This document shows, piece by piece, positions 1 through 9,728 of a stretch of 64,000 bases of DNA. Position numbers and translations under genes: made by a program. Within the stretch, counting starts at the first letter, position 1. Each line of letters opens with the position of its first letter. Below the pieces are notes generated by a model. That model did not search any database. It saw only the letters and a program-made list of their open reading frames with translations, and was not told where the DNA came from. Source of the DNA: Salinispira sp. (GTDB taxonomy: Bacteria > Spirochaetota > Spirochaetia > DSM-27196 > Salinispiraceae); assembly GCA_965226555.1 (NCBI GenBank), contig CBDDDG010000022.1:192001-256000 (forward strand), written 5' to 3'.

Positions 1-63
1 TTTGCGGCAAAATGCGCAGGCGGCCTGGCTGCTTCCTTTTCGGTTACTTGTCTTTTTGTTCAT
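1..63 (-). CDS. clpX: ClpX N-terminus (partial, runs off window)
   Basis: ATG at 63 reads [21 protein letters not shown], the start of a CxxC zinc-binding domain, directly after clpP in tig-clpP-clpX order. Confidence 0.75.
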   Translation of the reverse strand, partial: MNKKTSNRKGSSQAACAFCRK

Positions 64-661
64 CCCCACTCCGGCTCAATATGTTATCGACAATTCCGTA
101 GTTCTGTCCCTCTTCGGCGCTCATGAAAAAATCTCTCTCCAGATCATTAACTATGGTATTTTGATTCTTACCTGTATGTTTAACAAATATGTCAATGATA
201 AGGCTTTTCAATCGGATAATTTCACGGGCCTGAATTTCAATATCGCTCGCCTGTCCCTGCACTCCGCCCCAGGGCTGATGCAGGAGTATCCGTGAAGACG
301 GGAGCGCCAAACGCTTCCCCGAGGTGCCGGAGGCAAGGAGGACGGCAGCCATGCTTGCTGCCTGACCCATGCATATGGTCTGAACATCGGAATGTATATA
401 CTGTATGGTATCGTATATCGCAAGTCCGGCAGTAACCGAACCCCCGGGTGAATTAATGTATAGTGAGATATCTCTCTCCTGATCTTGGCTTTCAAGAAAG
501 AGGAGCTGAGCCACCACAATATCAGCATTAATATCGTGTATTTCACCATCAATAAAAATTATCCGATCCTTGAGAAGTCGGCTGTAAATATCATAGCTGC
601 GTTCACCAATACCTGTTTGTTCAATAACAACGGGAACAAGGTTATTATTTTGTACGTTCAT
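44..661 (-). CDS. clpP: ATP-dependent Clp protease proteolytic subunit
   Basis: [35 protein letters not shown] motifs; GGAGG RBS before ATG at 661. Confidence 0.97.
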   Translation of the reverse strand: MNVQNNNLVPVVIEQTGIGERSYDIYSRLLKDRIIFIDGEIHDINADIVVAQLLFLESQDQERDISLYINSPGGSVTAGLAIYDTIQYIHSDVQTICMGQAASMAAVLLASGTSGKRLALPSSRILLHQPWGGVQGQASDIEIQAREIIRLKSLIIDIFVKHTGKNQNTIVNDLERDFFMSAEEGQNYGIVDNILSRSGDEQKDK

Positions 662-673
662 ATGCCTCCCCAT

Positions 674-2107
674 TTATGCAAAAGTTTCTACAAACTCAAT
701 GTATTTTATTTTTTTTCCTTTTTTAACGGTATTTTCTTCAAGAAGTTGATTAATCAGCCTGTCTTCCGCAATAGCATGCCTGAGATATTCAAATAAGTTG
801 CTTTTTTTATAATACTCATACATGTTTTCTTCCGATGTATTATTGTCGGCCGCAAGTTTCTGTATTTTTTCATTCATATCATCCTCGCCCACATGTATGT
901 TACGGTCTTCAATGAGTTTCTGAACAACAAGCTGAAACTTGAGAGTCTGCTCGGCCTTCGGCCGCCATTCGGAAAGCAGATCATCCCTTTTCGTATTCTG
1001 CGCGCTGAGAAGCAGTTCCACCGTCTTTTCATGTCCACCGCTTTCCTGCACAAGGCTCTGCCATCTGCTTTGCAGTTCGGCAGCTACCATACTTTCGGGA
1101 AGTATAATGGGGTTTTCCGCAATAATTTTTTCAAGCAGAAGATTCTTTTTCACCTGCTTCAGGCGCTTATTCTTTGTTTTATTCAGCTGTTTGGCAATAC
1201 CCTTTTTGAGATCGCGAAGGGTTTTGTACTGCTCATCAATATCCTGAGCGAATTCATTGTCGAGGTTGGGAAGATCCCGTATCTTGCGTTTGGCAACCTT
1301 CACCCATAGTGTCTTTTTCTGTTCCGCAGGTTCCTCGGTTTCTGCAGGTTCCTCGGTATTACTTTCCTTATCGTTCTCCCCTGAGGGGGTTGTTGATGGG
1401 GCGGCGGTAGGGGCGGAGGGGCTCGCGGGGGCGGGGATAATTTTTTCGCATATTTTTTCCTGGTTCACTTCCATGCCGATCAGATCATCATCGAGGTTGA
1501 AAGGGGTCTGCCCCGAAGTAGTGCTAAGGGTATAGTCTTCACGCCGAGAATTGGGGATCTCATTTCCCGCATCATCAAGTTCGCAGTAATGTATGGTAAC
1601 AACATTTCCCGCTTCAACCTTTCCGTCTGTTTTTTCAACAACAAGGGCATTCTGCTGCCGGAGGTGCTCAAGTTCTTTTTTTACCGCATCTCTGCCAACA
1701 TTCACCCGAGGTACTTCAATTTTGAAACCGGTGAGTGTTTCAATCGTAAATTCGGGAAAAATGTCATAACTTACCGTGTAGGAAAGGGGTTTTCCCGGCT
1801 GAAAATTGGGGGTGCCTTCGAGCCGGGGAGGGGCAAAGGAAAGAGGTTTTTCGTCAATTTCTTCATAAATTGTTTTGAGGCTTTCCTCAATAAGTTTTCG
1901 GGCAGTATCCATACGTATGGCCTCGCCAAATTTCTGTTCCAATACCTGAGGAGGAACCTTACCGGGTCGGAAGCCTTTTATGCGCGCTTTTTTCGCATAT
2001 TCCCGCAGTACGCTGTCGTACTCTTTTTCGGCTTCTTTCCGATCAAGAGTTACCAAAAGACGCACACGGCTTTTATCAAGTTTTTCAATTTTTCTTGATG
2101 TAATCAT
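674..2107 (-). CDS. tig: Trigger factor
   Basis: GFRPGKVP ribosome-binding signature; synteny with clpP. Confidence 0.95.
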   Translation of the reverse strand: MITSRKIEKLDKSRVRLLVTLDRKEAEKEYDSVLREYAKKARIKGFRPGKVPPQVLEQKFGEAIRMDTARKLIEESLKTIYEEIDEKPLSFAPPRLEGTPNFQPGKPLSYTVSYDIFPEFTIETLTGFKIEVPRVNVGRDAVKKELEHLRQQNALVVEKTDGKVEAGNVVTIHYCELDDAGNEIPNSRREDYTLSTTSGQTPFNLDDDLIGMEVNQEKICEKIIPAPASPSAPTAAPSTTPSGENDKESNTEEPAETEEPAEQKKTLWVKVAKRKIRDLPNLDNEFAQDIDEQYKTLRDLKKGIAKQLNKTKNKRLKQVKKNLLLEKIIAENPIILPESMVAAELQSRWQSLVQESGGHEKTVELLLSAQNTKRDDLLSEWRPKAEQTLKFQLVVQKLIEDRNIHVGEDDMNEKIQKLAADNNTSEENMYEYYKKSNLFEYLRHAIAEDRLINQLLEENTVKKGKKIKYIEFVETFA

Positions 2108-2162
2108 ATATAAATCTCCGATACCATATCCATCAATCCTGACATCAGCGGTAAACTTTCAG

Positions 2163-2192
2163 AAAAAAAGCGATCCGGAAAAACCAGATCGC
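2163..2192 (-). terminator. Intrinsic terminator downstream of tRNA pair
   Basis: Minus strand GCGATCTGG-TTTTT-CCGGATCGC stem followed by T7. Confidence 0.65.
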
Positions 2193-2237
2193 CTGAACCC
2201 GGAGAGCACTCCAAGCTACCCCTCAATTCTGTTAGAA

Positions 2238-2309
2238 AGCGGGAGACGAGATTCGAACTCGCGACAGCTACCTTGGCAAGGTAGAGCTCTACCACTGAGC
2301 TACTCCCGC
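2238..2309 (-). tRNA. tRNA-Gly(GCC)
   Basis: GCGGGAGTAGCTCAGTGGTAGAG...CTACC-TTGCCAA-GGTAG...GTTCGAATC; cloverleaf folds. Confidence 0.95.
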
Positions 2310-2336
2310 ATAATTACCGGCAGAAATATTGGCGGA

Positions 2337-2418
<82 letters not shown>

Positions 2419-2439
2419 AGGAACTGCGATATACAAACC

Positions 2440-2467
2440 ATTCTACAGAGATAGAATATATTGTCAA
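2440..2467 (-). promoter_or_regulatory. Putative sigma70 promoter for tRNA operon
   Basis: Minus strand TTGACA-16 nt-TAGAAT just upstream of tRNA-Leu. Confidence 0.55.
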
Positions 2468-2692
2468 GTCTGTATCCCTATTTTTCACATGAGAATTGAT
2501 ATTCTTCCCAAAATGTATTATGTTGCAGCAAAACTTTGTTCAGGCAAAATTTTATGTATGCACAATTTTTCCCTTGGACATGTTTTCTAAAACTGATATT
2601 ATGTAGCAACCCCAGAAATAATGGCGGACGCCGTCAGAATTTTTCTGAGAAAAATAATCGATATTAGCCATTTTAGGAGGCAAAATATATGA

Positions 2693-4032
2693 GAAACTTT
2701 TGAATAACTCCATTATATCTGCCGGTAGTCTTTTTTCCACGCAGAAAAAATTATTCATCGTTTTTCACGTTATTCTCTTCAGCATCCTCCGTCTTTTTTC
2801 GGCGCGATACGCGCTATATTCGTTCTTTTTTTCATCTTTTTTCATTATTTCCCTCATTTCCGGCAGCAGTACCGCCATAAGGGCACAGCTATCCTGTTGT
2901 TATGCCGCAACCGCAGAGTTTTCCGGCGCCATGTTCCCCATTCGCCGTTTCATGCCGATCATCTGTTTCAGATTATACATAATCGCCATACACATAAACC
3001 GACTCTGATTCCTCTGAACTCCCATATACCGCGCCTTTCTTGCGCCGCAATGGAGTTTGCTCAGCCCAAAAAACCGCTCCACCGTATTCCTTACGCGCGA
3101 CCGCCCGTAATTCGCCTGCTTCTGTTCATCGGTTAACGGTATGTTCCGATACGCCCGCTCATGTATTTGATTCTCTATGCCCATCTCCTCAAGCATCGCA
3201 GCAATCGCTTTACTCCGGTACGCGGCATCCGCGTACACCACCGTCTCATTTCCCATAATCAATTCGCCAAATAGTTTGCTGTCATGAATATTGGCCGCAG
3301 TCACCAGCAGTTTCTTCGCCCGTCCCTTCTCATTTACCGTCACGTGTATCTTGAAACCGTAGGTTGTTCGTACCGTTCCATCGCCTCCCCTCTTACTCGC
3401 GTAGGCCGCTTCAGGATCCTGTGTCGATTCTCCTGCGTCATTTTTTTTCTTCCGATGCCGCGAAGCCTGTATGACACTCGCATCAATTATGCTGACTGTG
3501 CCCCGGTGCACTTCACAATCCTGCGTGTCCAACTGCGCATTCACCGTGTCCAAGAGCGCACTAAGAATATTCTTACGGGTCAGTTGTTCCCGAAACCGCC
3601 ATATCGTGGAATGATCGGGAGTATCATCGAGAACATTGAGCCCCACAAAACGCTTGTATGCCAAGTCGCAGGCAAGAGCATTTTCCATGCCTTCATCGCT
3701 GAGATTCTGCCACGATTGCAGCAACAGCACTTTGAACATCATAACCGGATGATATCCTTTCGCTCCCATCGATTTGTTGTTGATAGCACAGAGCATCTCC
3801 CCAATTTCCTTCCAATTGATCAGTTCATACAGGCTATCGAAGCGTTTCAGCGCTTTACTTTCCTGAATACCCTGATTGATCAGCGATCCATGATGTTCTT
3901 TCCAATTATTTCCCATTGTGTTCTCCTGTTTCAGCGCCGGACAGCGCGCAATACAACCCGATTGCTCATTCCCAGCTCTCTGTGTGAATTTTCCTCAGAA
4001 TACCATTATTCCCGATGATGTGCAAAGGTTTC
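2693..4032 (-). mobile_element. IS5-family insertion sequence
   Basis: Imperfect TIRs GAAACTTTTGAATA / GAAACCTTTGCACA (11/14); perfect 5-bp TSD TATGA at 2688-2692 and 4033-4037; encloses transposase. Confidence 0.88.
2900..3916 (-). CDS. IS5-family DDE transposase
   Basis: LSDEGME, PDHSTIWRFR, IIDAS, YADAAY, VERFFGLSK motifs. Confidence 0.93.
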   Translation of the reverse strand: MGNNWKEHHGSLINQGIQESKALKRFDSLYELINWKEIGEMLCAINNKSMGAKGYHPVMMFKVLLLQSWQNLSDEGMENALACDLAYKRFVGLNVLDDTPDHSTIWRFREQLTRKNILSALLDTVNAQLDTQDCEVHRGTVSIIDASVIQASRHRKKKNDAGESTQDPEAAYASKRGGDGTVRTTYGFKIHVTVNEKGRAKKLLVTAANIHDSKLFGELIMGNETVVYADAAYRSKAIAAMLEEMGIENQIHERAYRNIPLTDEQKQANYGRSRVRNTVERFFGLSKLHCGARKARYMGVQRNQSRFMCMAIMYNLKQMIGMKRRMGNMAPENSAVAA

Positions 4033-4033
4033 T

Positions 4034-6292
4034 ATGAGAATCTCATTATACAAAGGAACAATCTTTTTCATTTTCTGCGCAATGTGTATTGTATTGATTT
4101 CTACATGCCCACTGCCGGAACCAACCCCGGAACCCAAGCCGGCTGCGGAACCAACCGCGGAACTAACCGCGCCGTCTGCCATGTCGGCGCCGGAGCTTGC
4201 CGCAAGGAATAATTCGCTTGCTGTTACGTGGAGCCCGCCGACCAATAACGGCGGCAGCGACATTATTGGCTACAACCTGCGCCACCGCGCGGAGGGAAGT
4301 CCAGCAGAAAACGCGGAAGAAAATGCGGAGCGGACAGAGCTCAGCTACGGTATTATCGGCGCTGGCTACACCATTGGCGAACTGACAAACGGAATTGTCT
4401 ACGAAGTGCAGATGCGCGCAGTCAACGCTCAGAGAACTGGGCCATGGTCGGAATCGGCGGCATTGGCGCCCGCGCATGTTCCCGGAGCGCCTGCCCCTCC
4501 CGCGCTTGAAGCGAACAACACAGCGCTTACTGTTACATGGAAGGCCCCGCCGGACATTGGCGGCAGCGACATTACCGCCTACGACCTGCGCTACCGCGAG
4601 TCCCGCGATGCGGGCAATGCCGAATGGACGGAAATTGAATGGGCGAAAATTATCGAAGGCATTACCCCCGCCCCCGGTATTACTGACACACACTACACCA
4701 TTGGCAGCGGACTGACAAACGGGCTCATGTACGAAGTGCAGGCGCGCGCCATAAACGGTGAGGGAACTGGGCCGTGGTCGGAATCGGCAGTATTGGCGCC
4801 TGCCACTGTTCCCGGCGCGCCAGATGTAACCCTCGAAGCGAACGATAGGGAACTTGTTGCGACATGGACGGTTACTGATGACGGCGGCAACGCCATTAGC
4901 GCCTACAACCTGCGCTACCGCGAAACAGTGGGAGAAGGAGAAGAACCCGTGGAATGGACGGAGCTCAGCATTATTGGTACAAGCTACACCTTCACAGGCC
5001 TCACAAACGGCGCCGAGTACGAGGCGGGCATACAAGCCATTAACGCTCAGGGAACCGGCAGCTGGTCTGCGGCAGTAGCCGGCACCCCATGGTACTTCCC
5101 CCTACAGGAAGAAATTACGGCTTCCGATGCGGCTGAGCGCGACCAATTTGGAGCCAGTGTCGCTATTGATGGGAATACCGCAATTGTCGGCGCGCCATTT
5201 ACTGATGATGCTGGGAGCAAGTCCGGCAGCGCCTACGTTTTTACCCGAGGAAGCGATGAACTGTGGCGCCAGCATGATAAGATGCTTGCTCCCGACGCGG
5301 CTTCGGGCGATCAATTTGGAATCAGTGTCGCTATTTATGAGAATACCGCAATTGTCGGCGCGCTGTTTGATGATACTACTGCTACTGACGGAGATAATAT
5401 GGAAATTACCCTCGCAGATTCCGGCAGCGCGTACATATTCACCAAGGGGAGTACTGGCAACTGGAGCCAGCAGGCGAAACTCACTGCAACTGACGCTGCT
5501 ACGGGTGATTACTTTGGAACCAGTGTCGCTATTTATGAGAATACGGTAATTGTCGGAGCGTATGGCTACGATGATACGATGGGTACTATAACAAATGCCG
5601 GCGCCGCATACATTTTTATCCGAGACAGCAATGGCAACTGGAGCCAGCAGGCAAAACTTGTCGCAGATGATGTTGCTGCGGGTGATAACTTTGGATACAG
5701 TGTCGCTATTTATGGGAATACGGTAATTGTCGGAGCGCCGTATGCAAATAATGAGGGGAATTCAAATTCTGGAAGCGCATACACTTTTACCCGAAACAGC
5801 AATGGCCAATGGAACCAGCCGACAAAACTCGCAATTACCGCGGTTTCCGGAGATAATTTTGGAACCAGTGTCGCTATTTATGGGAATACGATAATGGTTG
5901 GCATTCCTGGCGCAGATAGTGATAGAGGCGCTATACGGATATATCGCCGGAACGGGACGACTTGGGAGGATATTCATGGCAGCATATCCGCACATGACCA
6001 GAGTAATAACTTTGGAAACAGTGTCGCTATTCATGGAAACACCGCAATTGTCGGCGCATATAGGAATGATGCTGCCGGAGTCGACTCCGTCAGCGCCTAC
6101 GTTTATACCCGAGGAAGCGATGGTGTGTGGCGCCAGCATGATAAGATGCTTGCTCCCGATGCGGCTGCAGGTGATAACTTTGGATACAGTGTTGCCTTCG
6201 ATGGAGAGACGGCAATTGTCGGAGCGTCATTTACTGATGATGCTGGGAGCAAGTCCGGCAGCGCCTATCTCTTTTCCCAGCGCGAGCAGTAG
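4034..6292 (+). CDS. Putative surface lipoprotein: 3 FN3 domains + FG-GAP (integrin-like) beta-propeller
   Basis: Signal ending ISTC, Pro-rich linker, three LTNGxxYEVQxRAxNxxG FN3 units, seven FGxSVAIxGNTAIVGA-type repeats. Confidence 0.85.
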   Translation: MRISLYKGTIFFIFCAMCIVLISTCPLPEPTPEPKPAAEPTAELTAPSAMSAPELAARNNSLAVTWSPPTNNGGSDIIGYNLRHRAEGSPAENAEENAERTELSYGIIGAGYTIGELTNGIVYEVQMRAVNAQRTGPWSESAALAPAHVPGAPAPPALEANNTALTVTWKAPPDIGGSDITAYDLRYRESRDAGNAEWTEIEWAKIIEGITPAPGITDTHYTIGSGLTNGLMYEVQARAINGEGTGPWSESAVLAPATVPGAPDVTLEANDRELVATWTVTDDGGNAISAYNLRYRETVGEGEEPVEWTELSIIGTSYTFTGLTNGAEYEAGIQAINAQGTGSWSAAVAGTPWYFPLQEEITASDAAERDQFGASVAIDGNTAIVGAPFTDDAGSKSGSAYVFTRGSDELWRQHDKMLAPDAASGDQFGISVAIYENTAIVGALFDDTTATDGDNMEITLADSGSAYIFTKGSTGNWSQQAKLTATDAATGDYFGTSVAIYENTVIVGAYGYDDTMGTITNAGAAYIFIRDSNGNWSQQAKLVADDVAAGDNFGYSVAIYGNTVIVGAPYANNEGNSNSGSAYTFTRNSNGQWNQPTKLAITAVSGDNFGTSVAIYGNTIMVGIPGADSDRGAIRIYRRNGTTWEDIHGSISAHDQSNNFGNSVAIHGNTAIVGAYRNDAAGVDSVSAYVYTRGSDGVWRQHDKMLAPDAAAGDNFGYSVAFDGETAIVGASFTDDAGSKSGSAYLFSQREQ

Positions 6293-6384
6293 GATCAGTA
6301 GGCGGATTCAATGGCGATCTTGAGGAGTGGAAGGATCATTGGACGCTTGCTGCCGGGACGCTCAATTCCGCCGGCAAATATACC

Positions 6385-6536
6385 GGAAACAAAACAAATA
6401 TGCTTTTGAAAATCCCCGGATATTCCGGGACTTCATCCGTTCATATTTCAATACGGATCTCGCGCTGAGCATTGTTCCCGGGAGTATAGAGAGCATCAAA
6501 ACAGAGCATACCAGCCCCCCATTCCTGTCTCCCTGA
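6385..6536 (+). pseudogene. Rpn-family N-terminal remnant
   Basis: KYAFENPRIFRDFIRSYFNTDLALSIVPG resembles an Rpn N-terminus; homologous to 60402-60554. Confidence 0.55.
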
Positions 6537-6683
6537 AAAAAACACACATTTTGCAAAATTCTTTCCACATACACAGTCAAAAATGACCGTTTACCCGTCA
6601 CAGATATAGAGGAGAGAATTCACCATGGGACCATGTCGCCATGGGAGCTCCCCTATTCAGAAAAAAACGTTCAGGAGGATTAT

Positions 6684-7760
6684 ATGATCGATTTCAAAGA
6701 AAAACCCGCCCCCGTTCCCTACGACCAAGGATACCGCTCCCTGCTGTTCCAACCCGCAATAATGCTCCAATTTCTTCAACGCTTTGTCGGAGGCGCATGG
6801 ACGAAAAAACTCCGCCGTGAAGACATAACCATCGAAAACGGCACATTTTTCATTGACCATGCGAAAACACGAATGGCCGACATTGTCTGCAAAATCAGGA
6901 GTCGGGATCACACGGGAAATGTTGCTATCTATGTGCTCCTTGAGCATCAGTCTGGAGTGGACAAAGACATGCCCCTCCGCATGTCGGAGTATACGAATCT
7001 GCTCTATCGGAACATTCACCGCTCCGGCGCAATTCCCGATGACTGCGAGGTGGTATTTCTGCCCATTGTGTTCTATAATGGAACGCGAAAATGGAAGGTA
7101 CCCGGGAATGTCAGAGAGCAGAACACGCGGGAATTCCCGCAGTATCTTGCCCCCTTTCCCTACGATCTGATAAGTGAGAGCGATTATTCTGCGGAGCAGC
7201 TGCAGCAGCGGGGAAGAATGTTTGCGGCTGTTATGTACCTTGATCTGTACTCGAAAAATCTGCTGAATACGGATTGGGACATTCGGAAGGTGGAGAAAGC
7301 GATAGCAGAAATGCTGAATGAGGAATCGCTGGAGCTGATAAAGGAATTTATCGGCGTGGTAGATTCGATGTTCGGAATTGTTATAGACTTTGACACGCTA
7401 ATGAACAGATTAGAAAGAACAAAAGAACCGAGAGGTAAGGAGGTAGCGAAAATGTTCAGAATGAATGCGGAAACATTCAAAGCGCGCATTGCGGAAATGG
7501 GTCGGCAGGAAGGACTTCAGACAGGATTGCGAACAGGTCGTGAAGAAGGACTTCAGACAGGACTGCGAACAGGTCGTGAAGAAGGACTTCAGAAGGGGCT
7601 ACAGAAGGGGCTACAGGCAGGTCGCGCGGAGGGGCATATTGAGGAGCGGAGAAAAAACGCCCGCAGTATGTTTTTGGAAGGGTTGTCGACAGAGGCTGTT
7701 CAGAGGATTACCGGGCTGAGCGATGAGGAAATGCGGGCATTGCGGAACGGATCGCATTAA
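6684..7760 (+). CDS. Rpn/YhgA-like PD-(D/E)XK nuclease (putative transposase family)
   Basis: YDQGYRSLL, ADIV, LLEHQS, DMPLRM, PIVFYNG motifs; C-terminal EGLQTG repeats; AGGAGG RBS before ATG 6684. Confidence 0.9.
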   Translation: MIDFKEKPAPVPYDQGYRSLLFQPAIMLQFLQRFVGGAWTKKLRREDITIENGTFFIDHAKTRMADIVCKIRSRDHTGNVAIYVLLEHQSGVDKDMPLRMSEYTNLLYRNIHRSGAIPDDCEVVFLPIVFYNGTRKWKVPGNVREQNTREFPQYLAPFPYDLISESDYSAEQLQQRGRMFAAVMYLDLYSKNLLNTDWDIRKVEKAIAEMLNEESLELIKEFIGVVDSMFGIVIDFDTLMNRLERTKEPRGKEVAKMFRMNAETFKARIAEMGRQEGLQTGLRTGREEGLQTGLRTGREEGLQKGLQKGLQAGRAEGHIEERRKNARSMFLEGLSTEAVQRITGLSDEEMRALRNGSH

Positions 7761-7767
7761 TTGGCCG

Positions 7768-7863
7768 TGCTCGCCAAGCATCCGGGCTGGTCGGCGTTGT
7801 ACGCCTGCTCGCCATGTCTCCGGGCTGGTCGGCGTTGCACGCCTGCTCGCCATGCCTCCGGGG
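7768..7863. repeat. ~2.5 tandem copies of a 38-bp GC-rich REP-like unit
   Basis: TGCTCGCCA recurs at 7768, 7806, 7844; unit CCGGGCTGGTCGGCGTTG(T/C)ACGCCTGCTCGCCATG(T/C)CT. Confidence 0.85.
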
Positions 7864-8002
7864 CGATTAGTGGGGAAGTTCTGTTTTGCAAAATCTTCAT
7901 GTAGTGGATTAATGGATACATGTGTAGTAGAATGTAACAAAGTACAGACATTCCGAATTTCTGATTATACACTTCCGGCGGCGCCGGAAGAGAGGAGCTG
8001 TT

Positions 8003-9010
8003 ATGGAACAACGACAATTAGGTTCGCGGGGGCTACGCGTCAGCGAATTCTGCTTTGGAGCCATGACCTTTGGCAGGGAGGCGGATGCTTCCGAGAGCTA
8101 TGCCATGCTCAATGCCTTTGTTGATGCCGGAGGAACCTTCATTGATAATGCCGATGTCTACAACAACGGCCGCAGTGAAGAAATTTTAGGCGGCTGGCTG
8201 AAACATAAGCGGCGGCAGGATTTTGTCATAGCAACAAAGGTCCGCTTTCCCATGGGATCAGGCCCAAACGATGTCGGACTCAGCCGTCAGCACATTCTAA
8301 CCGAGGTTGAGAACAGCCTGAGACGAGTGAAAACCGATTACATCGATCTGTATCAGGTACATTGCTGGGATTCTGCGACTCCGCTGGAGGAAACACTCTC
8401 AACCCTCAACGATCTGGTACGGCAGGGAAAGGTCCGTTATATCGGGGCAAGTAATTATCTCCCATATCAGCTTCAGAAGGCAGTCGATATTTCACGGCGG
8501 GAGAGCTGGGAGCCATTCTGTTCCCTGCAGCCCCTGTATAATCTTCTTGACCGATTCATTGAATGGGAGCTTGTGGAACTCTGCCGGAGTGAGGGACTTG
8601 CGCTATTGCCCTGGTCTCCGCTGCGCGGCGGCTGGCTCACAGGAAAATTCCGTCGGGACGATACGGGACCTGCCGAGAATACCCGAGTAAAAACAGCCGA
8701 AAAAGAAGACTGGTACGAAACCTGGGCGCATTACGGTAATGACCGCACATGGAATGTGCTTGATGCGCTTGAAGATATTGGAAAGGCGCGGGGAAAGAGT
8801 ATTGCGCAGGTTGCCCTCAACTGGGTAAAGGATCAGCCCGGGGTAACAGCGCCCATTCTCGGCGCGCGGAACATGAAACAGTTCAGCGATAATCTCGGCG
8901 CAGCCGGTTGGACGCTGAGCACTGAAGAGCGGGAGCGCCTAAACCAGGTAAGTGAGCTTGAGTTACCCTATTACCCCTACGGCTTTATCCGCTGGGCAAC
9001 TTCACGCTAA
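8003..9010 (+). CDS. Aldo/keto reductase
   Basis: [34 protein letters not shown] motifs. Confidence 0.95.
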   Translation: MEQRQLGSRGLRVSEFCFGAMTFGREADASESYAMLNAFVDAGGTFIDNADVYNNGRSEEILGGWLKHKRRQDFVIATKVRFPMGSGPNDVGLSRQHILTEVENSLRRVKTDYIDLYQVHCWDSATPLEETLSTLNDLVRQGKVRYIGASNYLPYQLQKAVDISRRESWEPFCSLQPLYNLLDRFIEWELVELCRSEGLALLPWSPLRGGWLTGKFRRDDTGPAENTRVKTAEKEDWYETWAHYGNDRTWNVLDALEDIGKARGKSIAQVALNWVKDQPGVTAPILGARNMKQFSDNLGAAGWTLSTEERERLNQVSELELPYYPYGFIRWATSR

Positions 9011-9654
9011 ACTTTGTACTGAAGCGCAGCCAGCACCGAACTGTCGCTGGCTGTTCGCTGGAATGTTTCTCCCTGGCCATGCTGCAGCACAAAGCGCACC
9101 TCGCCGTTCATGTGTTTTTTGTCTCGTTTCATTGCTGCGAGGAGCGCCTCGTCTGCTATGGAATCGACATTCAGCCGGTATCCGTAGAGCTGTAAGAGGC
9201 GGGTAATCTCAAAAAGACAATCTTTGTCACGATGTATGATATCGGCATGTCTCTCCTCAAGAAACTCAAGGAGAACAGCATCACCAAGCATGGCAGCTTT
9301 TATGACTTCGGCAAGCCCGCTGAGGTATTCCCGTTGGGGAAGGCTTTCAATGAGAGCGGGACAAATTCTCAGTTCACTGGCAGGGTAAATAGTTCCCACC
9401 ATGTTCTTGAATCCGATGTAGTTGATACCGGTCTTTGCGCTTTTTGCTGAGTCGGATTTTTGCGCCGATTCCCCAGAGTCTTGGGTTTTCCTGCTGTCAT
9501 TCACATAGAAACCGCTTCCTCGGAAAATTATCCCTGCGCCGCCGCTCACCAGCCTGCGAAGCGCAGGTTTCTTACATTCCGGGCAATCGGTAAGGGCATC
9601 ATCCGACATGTTCTGAAACACTTCAAAAACATGCCCGCATTCAGACGCATTCAT
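9007..9654 (-). pseudogene. Chimeric remnant: FmdB-type zinc ribbon fused to fragments of 3-dehydroquinate synthase (AroB)
   Basis: ECGH..CPEC..FRGSGFYVND then KTGINY..KNMVG, SGLAEVIK, MKRDKK..RFVL; AroB N-terminus and central LNxGHT/HGEA metal-binding segment are missing. Confidence 0.75.
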
Positions 9655-9728
9655 AACTTACAAATCCTTGTGAAATACTTACTTGAATTGAATGCGGGGG
9701 TAGGATATGGTAGGAGCAGGTGTACAGT

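Noticed and set aside
5150..6270. Near-identical segments (5215-5300 vs 6095-6270) as a DGR template/variable pair
   Set aside because: Both are inside the FG-GAP coding repeats, differences are not adenine-specific, and no reverse transcriptase is present
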